A DNA stretch of 42,220 nt from Acidobacteriaceae bacterium (GTDB lineage Bacteria > Acidobacteriota > Terriglobia > Terriglobales > Acidobacteriaceae), in NCBI GenBank assembly GCA_003164855.1, contig PLUI01000225.1:72723-114942 (forward strand). The letters run 5' to 3'. Shown piece after piece: positions 16,518 through 25,145 of this stretch. The position numbers and the translations under genes are program-made. Below the pieces are notes generated by a model that was given only the letters and a program-made list of their open reading frames with translations, was not told the origin of the DNA and did no database searches. The number at the start of each line of letters is the position of its first letter. The stretch's first letter is position 1.

Positions 16518-16706
16518 GCCGGAGCACCGTACACGCCTACGGCCGCGGAGAGCCTTTACCGGTTGAGCGCTCGTCTGCTATAAACCGAGGCAGAGCAAGA
16601 CTCGTCTCCAGAAAGCGCCTCCGCCCTGAACCGCACCCAACCAGGCTCGCCGCTGCACCACGCTCTCGAGCATCAGGACGAAGTTTTCGGTTCCGCCTTC
16701 GGCATC

Positions 16707-17771
16707 TTGCAGGAAGCCGTTGCGGAGCGGGTTTTCCCCGCGGCTTCGGTGGCTGTGACACTTCACTCTCGACTGATTGCACAGAGAGCGTTCGGCCAGT
16801 GCACTTACGAATCGAACTCGCCAGCCGTCACACCCGCTACACTTTTCGATCTTGGTTCCGTCACTAAAGTGGTCGCGACCGCAGCCATGGCAATGCGTCT
16901 CTACGAGCGCGGCTTGCTCGATCTTGATGGAGTGGTAGGCGGCATCGTGCCCGAATTCATTTCTGACGCCGAAAAAGATCCGCGCCGCCTGGAGGTTACG
17001 CTGCGCCAACTGCTCGCACACTCTTCCGGATTACCCGCGCATGAAAAATTATTTCTGAAGGCCCGCACTCGCGATGAGTTGCTGCAGGCCGTTTTCACTA
17101 TGCCCCTCGTCGCGAATCCGGGAGCCCGCGCCGAATATAGCGACATCGGATTCATTCTGCTCGGCGTTGCTCTCGAACGCCTCGCCGACGAATCCCTCGA
17201 CGCTTTCTGTCAGCGGGAAATTTTTGCCGCGCTGGGCATGACAAATACAGCGTTCAATCCGCCAAGCAAGCTCCGCACGCAGATTCCTCCGACCGTGGAT
17301 GATCGAAGCTTCCGGCATCGCATTGTCCAGGGTGAAGTGTTCGACGAAAATGCCAGCGTCCTGGGTGGGGCGGCACCTCACGCCGGGCTTTTTTCCACCG
17401 CTGTGGATCTTGCCCAATTCGCTAATGCCATGCTGAATCCAGGCACGCTTTTGCGTCGCGAAACCATAGTCCTCTTCACCCACCGTCAATCGATGCCGGC
17501 AGGCACATCCCGCGCGCTGGGGTGGGATACACCCTCGGCACCCTCGCAGTCGGGAAAATATTTTGGCACGGCATCCTTTGGCCACTTGGGGTACACCGGA
17601 ACCTCTCTATGGATCGATCCCGGCCGCCAACTCTCGATCACTTTACTAACCAACCGCACGTGGCCCGATTGCTCCAATCATGCGATTAAACACCTTCGCT
17701 CCAGATTTCACGATGCGGTCATGGAAGCAATTGAGGCATCCACGCAACGTGACCTAGAGCAGTTAGAATAA
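16707..17771 (+). CDS. Serine hydrolase of the beta-lactamase (class C/AmiE-like) family, no signal peptide seen
   Basis: SxxK (FDLGSVTKVV), YSD (EYSDIGF) and HLGYTGTS motifs. The start is uncertain: TTG 16707 is the first canonical start, but the frame is open from 16584 and upstream residues (..VFGSAFGILQEAV) look like coding sequence. Confidence 0.8.
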   Translation: MQEAVAERVFPAASVAVTLHSRLIAQRAFGQCTYESNSPAVTPATLFDLGSVTKVVATAAMAMRLYERGLLDLDGVVGGIVPEFISDAEKDPRRLEVTLRQLLAHSSGLPAHEKLFLKARTRDELLQAVFTMPLVANPGARAEYSDIGFILLGVALERLADESLDAFCQREIFAALGMTNTAFNPPSKLRTQIPPTVDDRSFRHRIVQGEVFDENASVLGGAAPHAGLFSTAVDLAQFANAMLNPGTLLRRETIVLFTHRQSMPAGTSRALGWDTPSAPSQSGKYFGTASFGHLGYTGTSLWIDPGRQLSITLLTNRTWPDCSNHAIKHLRSRFHDAVMEAIEASTQRDLEQLE

Positions 17772-17795
17772 CCATTCCGTTGACATCCGAAAGGC

Positions 17796-18728
17796 GTGCA
17801 ACTTTTGAAATCGACCCGCAAGCCCAAGTTCGCCCTCTACCGGCTCCGCACTGAGCAGCCCAACGACGCCGCACGCGATCTGGATTGCAAATCTTCGCTC
17901 GACATTGCGCGCCTCATCAACGCCGCAGACGCCACCGTCGCCGCTGCCGTCGCCCAGGTTTTACCGCAGATTGCTCGCGCTATTGATTTAGCCGCCGCCG
18001 CCCTGAAACGCGGCGGACGCCTGATCTATGTGGGAGCCGGCACCAGCGGCCGCATTGCCGCCCTTGATGCCGCGGAGTGTTCACCCACATTTAACATCGA
18101 TCGCGTTCAATTCATCATCGCCGGGGGTCTCAGAGCCTTGGCTTCCGAGTCGGAGATCAGCGAGGATGACTCCAAACAAGGTCGCGACGAGATGGCCCGG
18201 CGCAAACCGGGCAAGAACGACGTCGTCATAGGCATCGCCTCCAGTGGGCGCACTCCATTCACCCTCGCGGCCATTGAACTTGCGCGCCACCACGGCGCCC
18301 GTACGATCGCGATCGCCTGCAATCGCAATTCGCCGCTGGAACGCGCCGCTCACTTCGCCATCGTCACTCAGGTCGGTCCGGAAGTTCTGACGGGATCGTC
18401 ACGGATGAAGGCTGCCACGGCGCACAAGATGGTGCTCAACATGATTTCCACGGGCGCGATGAGCCGAATCGGTTATGTTTACGGCAACCTGATGGTCAAT
18501 GTCGTGCCCAAGAATGAAAAGTTGAAGCAGCGCGCCATCGGCATTCTGGAAAGCGCCTCCGGTGCCGATGCCGAAGCGGCCCGCCGCGCGCTTATATCTT
18601 CGGGAAGCCGCACGCCCGTGGCCCTCGTGATGCTGGTTGCTGGAGTTACGCGGGCGCGGGCCGTCGCCGCTCTGAACAAAGCCTCTGGCAACGTCCGGCA
18701 AGCGATCGCATTGGCAACACAAAAGTAA
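17796..18728 (+). CDS. murQ: N-acetylmuramic acid 6-phosphate etherase
   Basis: SIS domain with LIYVGAGTSGRIAALDAAECSPTF, VVIGIASSGRTPF and the GPEVLTGSSRMKAATAHKMVLNMIST pattern. About 300 aa. Confidence 0.9.
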   Translation: MQLLKSTRKPKFALYRLRTEQPNDAARDLDCKSSLDIARLINAADATVAAAVAQVLPQIARAIDLAAAALKRGGRLIYVGAGTSGRIAALDAAECSPTFNIDRVQFIIAGGLRALASESEISEDDSKQGRDEMARRKPGKNDVVIGIASSGRTPFTLAAIELARHHGARTIAIACNRNSPLERAAHFAIVTQVGPEVLTGSSRMKAATAHKMVLNMISTGAMSRIGYVYGNLMVNVVPKNEKLKQRAIGILESASGADAEAARRALISSGSRTPVALVMLVAGVTRARAVAALNKASGNVRQAIALATQK

Positions 18729-18872
18729 ACGCACTTCTTTGCGTACCTTGCATCGCGTTTCGCGGCACCAGCCGAACTCCGATGTTTGACCCTCCGGGCG
18801 CACTCAGTTACCTTGGGAGTGCCGTTTCTACTTCGCGCTGCGAGGGTCGCGGCGCGAGGCGTCTTCCCCCTC

Positions 18873-19937
18873 ATGGACAAAAAGCGAATTCTGGCCAGCG
18901 CGGTGGTGTTCTTAATACTGGCCGTTCTGGTTTACCTGCAGTATCGCCACTGGCAAAGCTTTGACTGGGGAACGTTTTGGGCGCAGACGCACCGCATCAG
19001 GAAAATTCACGTGTTGCACGCGATCGCGCTAATTTACGTCGGATATTTTTTGCGGGCAGTGCGCTGGAAGATTTTTCTGCAGCCCGTGCGTCCGAAAGCG
19101 AAAATGGTGGACTTGGTATCCCCGACCGTGATTGGGTTCACCGGCTTGGCGTTGCTGGGGCGGGCGGGAGAGTTTATTCGTCCGTATCTAATCGCCCGGC
19201 GAACGGAGCTTCCCTTCTCTTCGCAGTTAGCGGTGTGGGCGGTGGAGCGCATTTTTGATGTTGGAGCTTTTACGGTACTGATGGTGCTGGCGATTTTTCT
19301 GCCCAGCGCATTGCCCGCGATTCCGCATCCAGAATATTACTTGCGCTTTCGCGAAGGTGGTTTCCTGCTGATCGGAGTTGTTCTGCTGCTGACGGTAGGT
19401 GCGATCGTGATCCGGCGAAGTGGCGACGCGGTGGCGCGATGGGTGGAAGAAAGGTTTGGACATCTTTCCGCGAATCTTGGGCATAGAACGGCGCAAAAAA
19501 TCCGAGAGTTCGGCCGCGGACTCGATACCATTCACGGTCCTTTGTCGCTTCTGATGCTGAGTGCAGTTTCGGTTGGAATGTGGTACATCATCGCGCTGGC
19601 GTACCAGGAGGTCACGCACTCTTATGGAGTGGCGGCGCTGGAGATCCCGGTATCGCAACTTTTGATTCTGATGGGAGCGAGCATGCTCGGCTCCATGCTG
19701 CAGTTGCCTGCTGTAGGCGGCGGTTCGCAAATGGCAACCATTGCGGCGCTGTCCAGCGTTTTCGACGTACCTCCAGAGATGGCGGCGAGCTGTGGGATTT
19801 TGTTGTGGCTGGTGACGTTTGCGGCAGTTGTCCCGCTGGGGCTGGTATTGGCGCATCACGAGAGATTGTCGCTGAGGAAGTTATCCGAGGAGAGCCATCA
19901 CGCGGAAGAAGCGGAGATCAACGGGCCGCCCGTGTAA
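18873..19937 (+). CDS. Flippase-like / lysyl-phosphatidylglycerol-synthase TM-region family membrane protein (UPF0104)
   Basis: About 8 TM helices and the characteristic loop LALLGRAGEFIRPYLIARR. The track ORF opens at 18786, but the ATG at 18873 (MDKKRILASAVVFLILAV) starts the first helix. Confidence 0.7.
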   Translation: MDKKRILASAVVFLILAVLVYLQYRHWQSFDWGTFWAQTHRIRKIHVLHAIALIYVGYFLRAVRWKIFLQPVRPKAKMVDLVSPTVIGFTGLALLGRAGEFIRPYLIARRTELPFSSQLAVWAVERIFDVGAFTVLMVLAIFLPSALPAIPHPEYYLRFREGGFLLIGVVLLLTVGAIVIRRSGDAVARWVEERFGHLSANLGHRTAQKIREFGRGLDTIHGPLSLLMLSAVSVGMWYIIALAYQEVTHSYGVAALEIPVSQLLILMGASMLGSMLQLPAVGGGSQMATIAALSSVFDVPPEMAASCGILLWLVTFAAVVPLGLVLAHHERLSLRKLSEESHHAEEAEINGPPV

Positions 19938-20066
19938 CCATAACGGCGTGTCTATCAGGTAAGTACCGGCTGCGCGTGCGACCGACACTCCCCTGTTACA
20001 ATTTCTGTATTAAATCCTGAAAACCTGATTTGGCCGAGCAGTTTCGTTTTCGACCACCATAGCGCC

Positions 20067-20558
20067 ATGAAATGTCCCTTTTGCGGATTTGCCAACGATA
20101 AAGTCGTGGACTCGCGTGAGAGCAAAGAGGCGGAATCAATCCGCCGCAGGCGCGAGTGCCTGAAGTGCGGTAAACGCTTCACCACTTACGAGCGCATCGA
20201 CGAGATCCCGTACATGGTGGTGAAGAAAGACGGCCGCCGCGAGAAGTTTGACCGCCAAAAAGTTCTGAACGGATTGCTGCGGGCTTGCGAGAAGCGACCG
20301 GTTCCCATCAGCAAACTAGAACAGATTGTGAATGAGGCGGAGTCGTTCGTTATCGAGTCACAGGAACGCGAGCGCAAGACCAGCGAGTTGGGCGAACTGA
20401 TTATGAATCGCTTGCGACGATACGACAAAGTGGCGTATGTGCGGTTTGCCTCGGTTTATCTGGATTTTAAGGATGTAAAAGAGTTCATGAACGAGTTGCG
20501 GGATCTGGTGAAAGCCAAAGAAGCAGGAGAGGTTCGAGTAAAGAAGAGCGGCCCGTAA
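20067..20558 (+). CDS. nrdR: Transcriptional repressor NrdR (zinc ribbon + ATP-cone)
   Basis: MKCPFCG...RRRRECLKCGKRFTTYE zinc ribbon followed by an ATP-cone (VVKKDGRREKFDRQKVLNGLLRACEKRPV). Confidence 0.95.
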   Translation: MKCPFCGFANDKVVDSRESKEAESIRRRRECLKCGKRFTTYERIDEIPYMVVKKDGRREKFDRQKVLNGLLRACEKRPVPISKLEQIVNEAESFVIESQERERKTSELGELIMNRLRRYDKVAYVRFASVYLDFKDVKEFMNELRDLVKAKEAGEVRVKKSGP

Positions 20559-20559
20559 A

Positions 20560-20640
20560 CAGTGGTCGGTGGCCAGTGGTCGATTAAGACAACGATCAGG
20601 CTAGTCCTTCTGACCACTAATCACTGGCACTGACCACTCC
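20560..20640. repeat. Imperfect inverted repeat built from CAGTGGTC-type words (REP-like hairpin) between nrdR and idh
   Basis: The 5' arm is AGTGGTCGGTGGCCAGTGGTCGATTA (20561-20586). The 3' arm is GACCACTAATCACTGGCACTGACCACT (20612-20638), whose reverse complement is AGTGGTCAGTGCCAGTGATTAGTGGTC. It shares the 11-mer AGTGGTCAGTG with the element at 39822-39832. Confidence 0.7.
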
Positions 20641-20659
20641 ACTAAGAAGGCAACAGATT

Positions 20660-21688
20660 ATGAGTCATAAAGTAACGTTGATCCCCGGCGATGGAATCGG
20701 GCCGGAGGTGACGCAGGCGACGGTACGCATTCTGCAAGCGACGGGTGTGAAGTTTGAGTGGGAGTCGTTCCAGGTGGGCTCCGATGCGTTCGAGAAGTAC
20801 GGTGAGTACATTCCGAAAGAAGTGATCGAATCGATCGAGCGTACTCGCGTGGGTCTGAAAGGGCCAGTGACAACGCCTATCGGAGGCGGATTTTCCAGCA
20901 TCAACGTTGCGCTGCGGCAGAAGTTTGAGTTGTATGCGAATTTCCGTCCCATTCGGAATTTGCCGCATATCCCTACGCGTTATCCGGACGTAGATCTCAT
21001 CATCGTGCGCGAGAACACCGAGAGCCTTTATTCCGGCCTGGAGCACGAAGTGGTGCCGGGCGTGGTGGAAAGTTTGAAAATCATCACGGAGAAAGCCTCG
21101 ACGCGCATTGCGAAATTCGCTTTCGAGTATGCCCGCAAGAATCAGCGGAAGAAAATCCACGCCATCCATAAGGCCAACATCATGAAGCTGTCGGATGGGC
21201 TGTTCCTGCGCTGCTGCCGCGACGTGGCCAAGGGATTCCCTGAAATCACTTACGGCGAACACATTGTGGATAATACTTGCATGCAGTTGGTGATGAATCC
21301 CTACCAGTACGACATGCTGGTGATGGAGAACTTGTACGGTGACATTATTTCGGATTTATGTGCGGCGTTTGTGGGTGGCCTGGGATTTGTGCCCAGCGCG
21401 AATCTAGGCGATCACTGCGCGATCTTCGAAGCGGTTCACGGCTCAGCCCCTGACATTGCGGGAAAGAATCTGGCGAATCCAACGGCGCTGCTGCGGTCAG
21501 GGCTGTTGATGCTGCGGCATCTGGGCGAGTTCGAGGCGTCGATGCAGATTCGCACTGCGCTGGAGAAGGTTTACCGGCATCCGGAGAAGCTGACGAAGGA
21601 TGTTGGCGGGCAGTCGGGAACATCGCAGTTCGCCGATGCCGTGATCGAAGAGATGGACAAGGCGAAGTCGACGCGGGCCGGTGTTTAG
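20660..21688 (+). CDS. NAD-dependent isocitrate dehydrogenase (IDH3-like, isocitrate/isopropylmalate dehydrogenase superfamily)
   Basis: KVTLIPGDGIGPEV start. RPIRNLP...DLIIVRENTESLYSGLEHEVVPGVVESLKIITEKASTRIAKFAFEYA closely follows the IDH3-type pattern. Also has NLYGDIISD and HGSAPDIAGKNLANP. Substrate assignment within the superfamily is by resemblance only. Confidence 0.8.
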   Translation: MSHKVTLIPGDGIGPEVTQATVRILQATGVKFEWESFQVGSDAFEKYGEYIPKEVIESIERTRVGLKGPVTTPIGGGFSSINVALRQKFELYANFRPIRNLPHIPTRYPDVDLIIVRENTESLYSGLEHEVVPGVVESLKIITEKASTRIAKFAFEYARKNQRKKIHAIHKANIMKLSDGLFLRCCRDVAKGFPEITYGEHIVDNTCMQLVMNPYQYDMLVMENLYGDIISDLCAAFVGGLGFVPSANLGDHCAIFEAVHGSAPDIAGKNLANPTALLRSGLLMLRHLGEFEASMQIRTALEKVYRHPEKLTKDVGGQSGTSQFADAVIEEMDKAKSTRAGV

Positions 21689-21835
21689 CGACTGTCGAAT
21701 TCTGATTTTTTTTGTTATTTTAATTCGATTGATTCGGTGCGTGTTTCCGGGTAAGCTGTCGACGTTCTGTCGTCCGTAATCCTCCCCTAATCATCTGCAC
21801 GCACATTCGTTTGCTTCGCCATCAAGGAGATTTCG

Positions 21836-23155
21836 ATGAGACCCCAGACTACGTATCTCTCTTCTCTTTTGACGGTGCTGCTGGTTCTGCTAGGCGCGGG
21901 GCCATTGGCCTCGGCGCAAGTTGAAACTGTTCTTCACAAATTCACGGGTGGTGCGGACGGCATTCAGCCCATGGCATTGTCGGAGGACAGCGCTGGAAAT
22001 CTATACGGCGCAACTTCCATGGGAGGGGACAATTCGGCGTGTACCTATTATGAGGGCTGCGGCATTGTTTACCAGTTGGTGGAATCGCCCGAGACCGGCA
22101 CATGGATCGAAAACATTCTCTACAGCTTTGCAAGCGGCAGCGGCGGTTACACGGCCGCTACGGCTTTGCTGATTGATTCCGCCGGCAATCTCTATGGCGC
22201 AAACGTCTGGGGCGGCGCGTCGAACTACGGAGTTGTTTTCGAGCTGAGTCCGCCGGCTGCGCCGGGAGCGGCCTGGACCGAAACCGTGCTCTATAATTTC
22301 GCCAGCGTCGAGGAAACGCAAGCCACTGGATTAACTTTTGATGCGCAAGGAAATCTCTACGGAGAGAGTCCGGGATTGGCTACCGGCGGGAGCATTTTCG
22401 AGCTGACGCCGCCCGCTACGCCCGGCGGAGCGTGGACGCACAACGTCCTCTACTCGTTCACGGGTTTGGACAATTCTCCAGCTACTCCAGTTGGCGGCCT
22501 CGCATTTGACAAGAACGGAAACCTCTATGGCTCGACGTTCTTGGGAGGAAGCCACCAAGGGTGCAGCGGCAACTCGGGCTGGGGAACGATATTCGAACTC
22601 GCCAAACCCGCAACGCAAGGTGGATCGTGGACTCTGCACGTGCTTTATCGCTTCAAGGGTGAGAATGGCGACGGCGCCTATCCCAGCGGCGGCGTGGTGT
22701 TCCACGGCAACAAGCTCTACGGGACCACCGCATACGGCGGAGGCGACCAAGGATGCGGTTATGGCTATGGCAGTGTCTTTGAGGTTTCGCCCCCAACGGG
22801 ATCGGGCGGAAGCTGGACGGAAACGCCGATTTTCAGCTTTGACTACAACGATGGCTCAGGGCCAACGGCGGGGGTTACCTTCGATCCGGCGGGGAACCTC
22901 TATAGCACGACCCAATCTAACGTGAGTTCGGTTAGCAGCGGCGAGGTCTTCGAACTCTCCCCACCAGTCACTCAAGGCGGGGAGTGGACTCAAACCATAC
23001 TCCACGCCTTTACGGGCCACTCCGACGGTGGCGCTACGCTTTCCGGCGTTGTGATCGGCAGTCACGGCGTCATCTATGGAACGACGGTCAATGGCGGAAA
23101 CGCGGCTGGCGGCGGCGACGGAGTGGTTTACAAAATTCTCCACGCGCAGAATTGA
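21836..23155 (+). CDS. Secreted tandem-repeat protein (Gloeo_Verruco / GloVer-type repeats; probable 7-bladed beta-propeller)
   Basis: Signal peptide followed by seven ~55-aa repeats. Each repeat has the form W-T-x-x-V-L-Y-x-F ... G-N-L-Y-G-(T/A) ... G-x-(V/I)-F-E-L-(S/T)-P-P. Confidence 0.8.
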   Translation: MRPQTTYLSSLLTVLLVLLGAGPLASAQVETVLHKFTGGADGIQPMALSEDSAGNLYGATSMGGDNSACTYYEGCGIVYQLVESPETGTWIENILYSFASGSGGYTAATALLIDSAGNLYGANVWGGASNYGVVFELSPPAAPGAAWTETVLYNFASVEETQATGLTFDAQGNLYGESPGLATGGSIFELTPPATPGGAWTHNVLYSFTGLDNSPATPVGGLAFDKNGNLYGSTFLGGSHQGCSGNSGWGTIFELAKPATQGGSWTLHVLYRFKGENGDGAYPSGGVVFHGNKLYGTTAYGGGDQGCGYGYGSVFEVSPPTGSGGSWTETPIFSFDYNDGSGPTAGVTFDPAGNLYSTTQSNVSSVSSGEVFELSPPVTQGGEWTQTILHAFTGHSDGGATLSGVVIGSHGVIYGTTVNGGNAAGGGDGVVYKILHAQN

Positions 23156-23362
23156 GGGTTCGGCTGAAGAGTCGTTGATGCTGCGTCAAGCGAGTTGCCT
23201 CAACATTCCGCGGCTGTGCCGTAGTTGTCCTTTGCGGCGAGCCGCGATTTTTTGTGGTTCAGCGACGTAGTGAACCTTTGTGTCCTTTGTGGATTTTGAA
23301 TTCCGCCATTGACTCTCGTCGCAGATGGGAGTAAATTCGCCGGTTCTGGGGAATCTGAGGGG

Positions 23363-24409
23363 ATGGCGAAGACAACGCGCCGTGTGGGGGTAGTTCTGTT
23401 TCAGCTTGGCGGTCCCGATACGCTGGCTGCGATAGAGCCTTTCCTTTACAACCTTTTCTGCGACCCGGATATTATTGATTTTCCTTTCGCCCGCCTCGGC
23501 CGTAAGCCTCTGGCCAAACTAATTTCGACTACCCGCGCACGCAAAGTGCAGCACCATTATGCGACCATCGGTGGCGGCTCGCCCATTCGCCGCTTCACCG
23601 AGCAACAAGCGCGAGCCCTGGAGACGGAACTGGCGAATCAAGGCTTGGATGCGCGCTGTTTTGTGGCCATGCGCTACTGGCATCCGTTCACGCGTGAGGC
23701 GATTGCGCAACTCCAGGCCGCGCAATGCGACGAGGTGGTTCTGCTGCCCTTGTATCCGCAATACTCCTCGACGACTACGGGCAGCAGCCTCAACGAGTGG
23801 CGGCGATTGTTTCAGGATGACATTCCCGTACACAACGTGGGAGCGTTCTATCGGCATCCGATGTATTTAGACGCGGTCGTGGAAAGGGTGGACGAGGCCT
23901 TGTCGCGTTTTGAAGTCCCGGCGCGAGCGGAAATCGTTTTCAGCGCCCACAGCATTCCCATGTCGATCGTTGCCAAGGGCGATCCTTATCAACGGCAGAT
24001 TGAGGAGACGGTGCGGCTACTGATGGGGCGCGGCCGATGGCTCAATCGTCACCGGCTCTGCTACCAGAGCAAGGTAGGCGCCAGCAAGTGGCTGCAGCCT
24101 TCTCTGCACCGCACGCTGCGTGATCTGGCTGGTGAAAAAGTTCGAGAAGTCTGCATCGTGCCGGTGGCGTTTGTTTCCGACCACGTGGAAACTTTGGGTG
24201 AGATCGACCACGAAGGGCGCGAAGAAGCTTTGCGGCTGGGCATTAAGCACTTCGAGATGAGTTCCGGATTGAACGCTTCTCCAAAGTTTATCTCTGCGTT
24301 GGGCCGGCTGGTATTGGAGGCGCTCGACCGCGCAACGGATTCCTACAGTCAGATTCATACGAACCAGGGGCAAGTGGCGCCAGAGTTACTGGCGGCCGCA
24401 GGAGATTAG
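23363..24409 (+). CDS. hemH: Ferrochelatase
   Basis: VGVVLFQLGGPD, YATIGGGSPI, LLPLYPQYSSTTTGS, FSAHSIP, VSDHVETL motifs. The track ORF opens at TTG 23309, but the ATG at 23363 gives the usual N-terminus. Confidence 0.9.
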   Translation: MAKTTRRVGVVLFQLGGPDTLAAIEPFLYNLFCDPDIIDFPFARLGRKPLAKLISTTRARKVQHHYATIGGGSPIRRFTEQQARALETELANQGLDARCFVAMRYWHPFTREAIAQLQAAQCDEVVLLPLYPQYSSTTTGSSLNEWRRLFQDDIPVHNVGAFYRHPMYLDAVVERVDEALSRFEVPARAEIVFSAHSIPMSIVAKGDPYQRQIEETVRLLMGRGRWLNRHRLCYQSKVGASKWLQPSLHRTLRDLAGEKVREVCIVPVAFVSDHVETLGEIDHEGREEALRLGIKHFEMSSGLNASPKFISALGRLVLEALDRATDSYSQIHTNQGQVAPELLAAAGD

Positions 24410-24438
24410 GGACGAGTTTTTAGAAACAGGAGGCACTC

Positions 24439-25089
24439 ATGGCGGTTCCGGGCGGTGAACAACCGAACCCAAGTCCGAACGCAGACGCGGCGCAACCTAC
24501 GCCAAACAGTACGGTAGACGCCACGAAATATGTAGGCACGCCAGCGGTCGGAACGTCAAAGGCGGCGGCATCGGCCGGGCTTTCTTCGGCGGGACCGTCG
24601 AATACGGAAATCGACAAGCGGCGGCGGCGGCTGGTGTGGGTGGGGGTGACGGCATTCCTGACCGCGTGGTTCCTGGCTTTTTTCCGATTTTTCCTTCCCC
24701 GCACTCTTTTCGAACCGAACTCCGTATTCAAGATTGGCTATCCCTCAGAGTTTGCGTTGGGCGTCGACACCAAGTTTCAACAGAAATATCGCATCTGGGT
24801 CGATCGCACGCCCGACCGCGTGTTCGTGATCTACGCGCGATGCACGCATCTCGGCTGCACACCGGACTGGAAGCCCAGCGAAAACAAATTTAAGTGTCCG
24901 TGCCATGGCAGTGGCTATGACAGCGAAGGAATCAACTTCGAAGGTCCAGCTCCGCGTCCCATGGACCGGGCAAACGTGCAACTCGCGCCGGACGGCCAAA
25001 TTATTGTCGACACCTCGCGGCTCTACCAGTGGCCGAAGGGACAACCATCGCATTTCAACGATCCCGGAGCATTCCTAACCGGAGTGTAA
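24439..25089 (+). CDS. Rieske [2Fe-2S] subunit of a cytochrome bc-type complex
   Basis: Box I CTHLGC and box II CPCHGS (CTHLGCTPDWKPSENKFKCPCHGSGYD). Arg-rich segment KRRRRL followed by a TM helix. AGGAGG RBS; begins 29 nt after the hemH stop. Confidence 0.9.
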   Translation: MAVPGGEQPNPSPNADAAQPTPNSTVDATKYVGTPAVGTSKAAASAGLSSAGPSNTEIDKRRRRLVWVGVTAFLTAWFLAFFRFFLPRTLFEPNSVFKIGYPSEFALGVDTKFQQKYRIWVDRTPDRVFVIYARCTHLGCTPDWKPSENKFKCPCHGSGYDSEGINFEGPAPRPMDRANVQLAPDGQIIVDTSRLYQWPKGQPSHFNDPGAFLTGV

Positions 25090-25095
25090 GACATT

Positions 25096-25130
25096 GAATC
25101 AATGACTTATTGATTCGTTGAGTCAATTGA
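25096..25130. repeat. AT-rich word hairpin between the Rieske and cytochrome b genes
   Basis: GAATCAAT (25096-25103) / ATTGATTC (25109-25116) forms a perfect 8-bp stem with a 5-nt loop. The palindrome TCAATTGA follows at 25123-25130. Confidence 0.6.
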
Positions 25131-25145
25131 ATTTTCGAGGCAATC

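Noticed and set aside
16518-16706. Minus-strand ORFs 16537..16782 and 16578..17021 in the divergent region between the NamZ-fusion gene and the serine hydrolase gene
   Set aside because: Arg/Pro/Gly-rich products without motifs. They overlap the plus-strand frame, which continues into a clear beta-lactamase-fold protein. The region more likely holds the hydrolase 5' end and divergent promoters.
23230-23300. Weak terminator-like features after the GloVer gene: GCGG-CGAG-CCGC plus T6 at 23234-23253, GGTTCA/TGAACC stem at 23257-23276, and repeated GTCCTTTG(C/T)GG words
   Set aside because: The stems are only 4-6 bp, and the word repeat has just two or three short copies. This is too weak to call a feature, though it may belong to the same word-repeat phenomenon.
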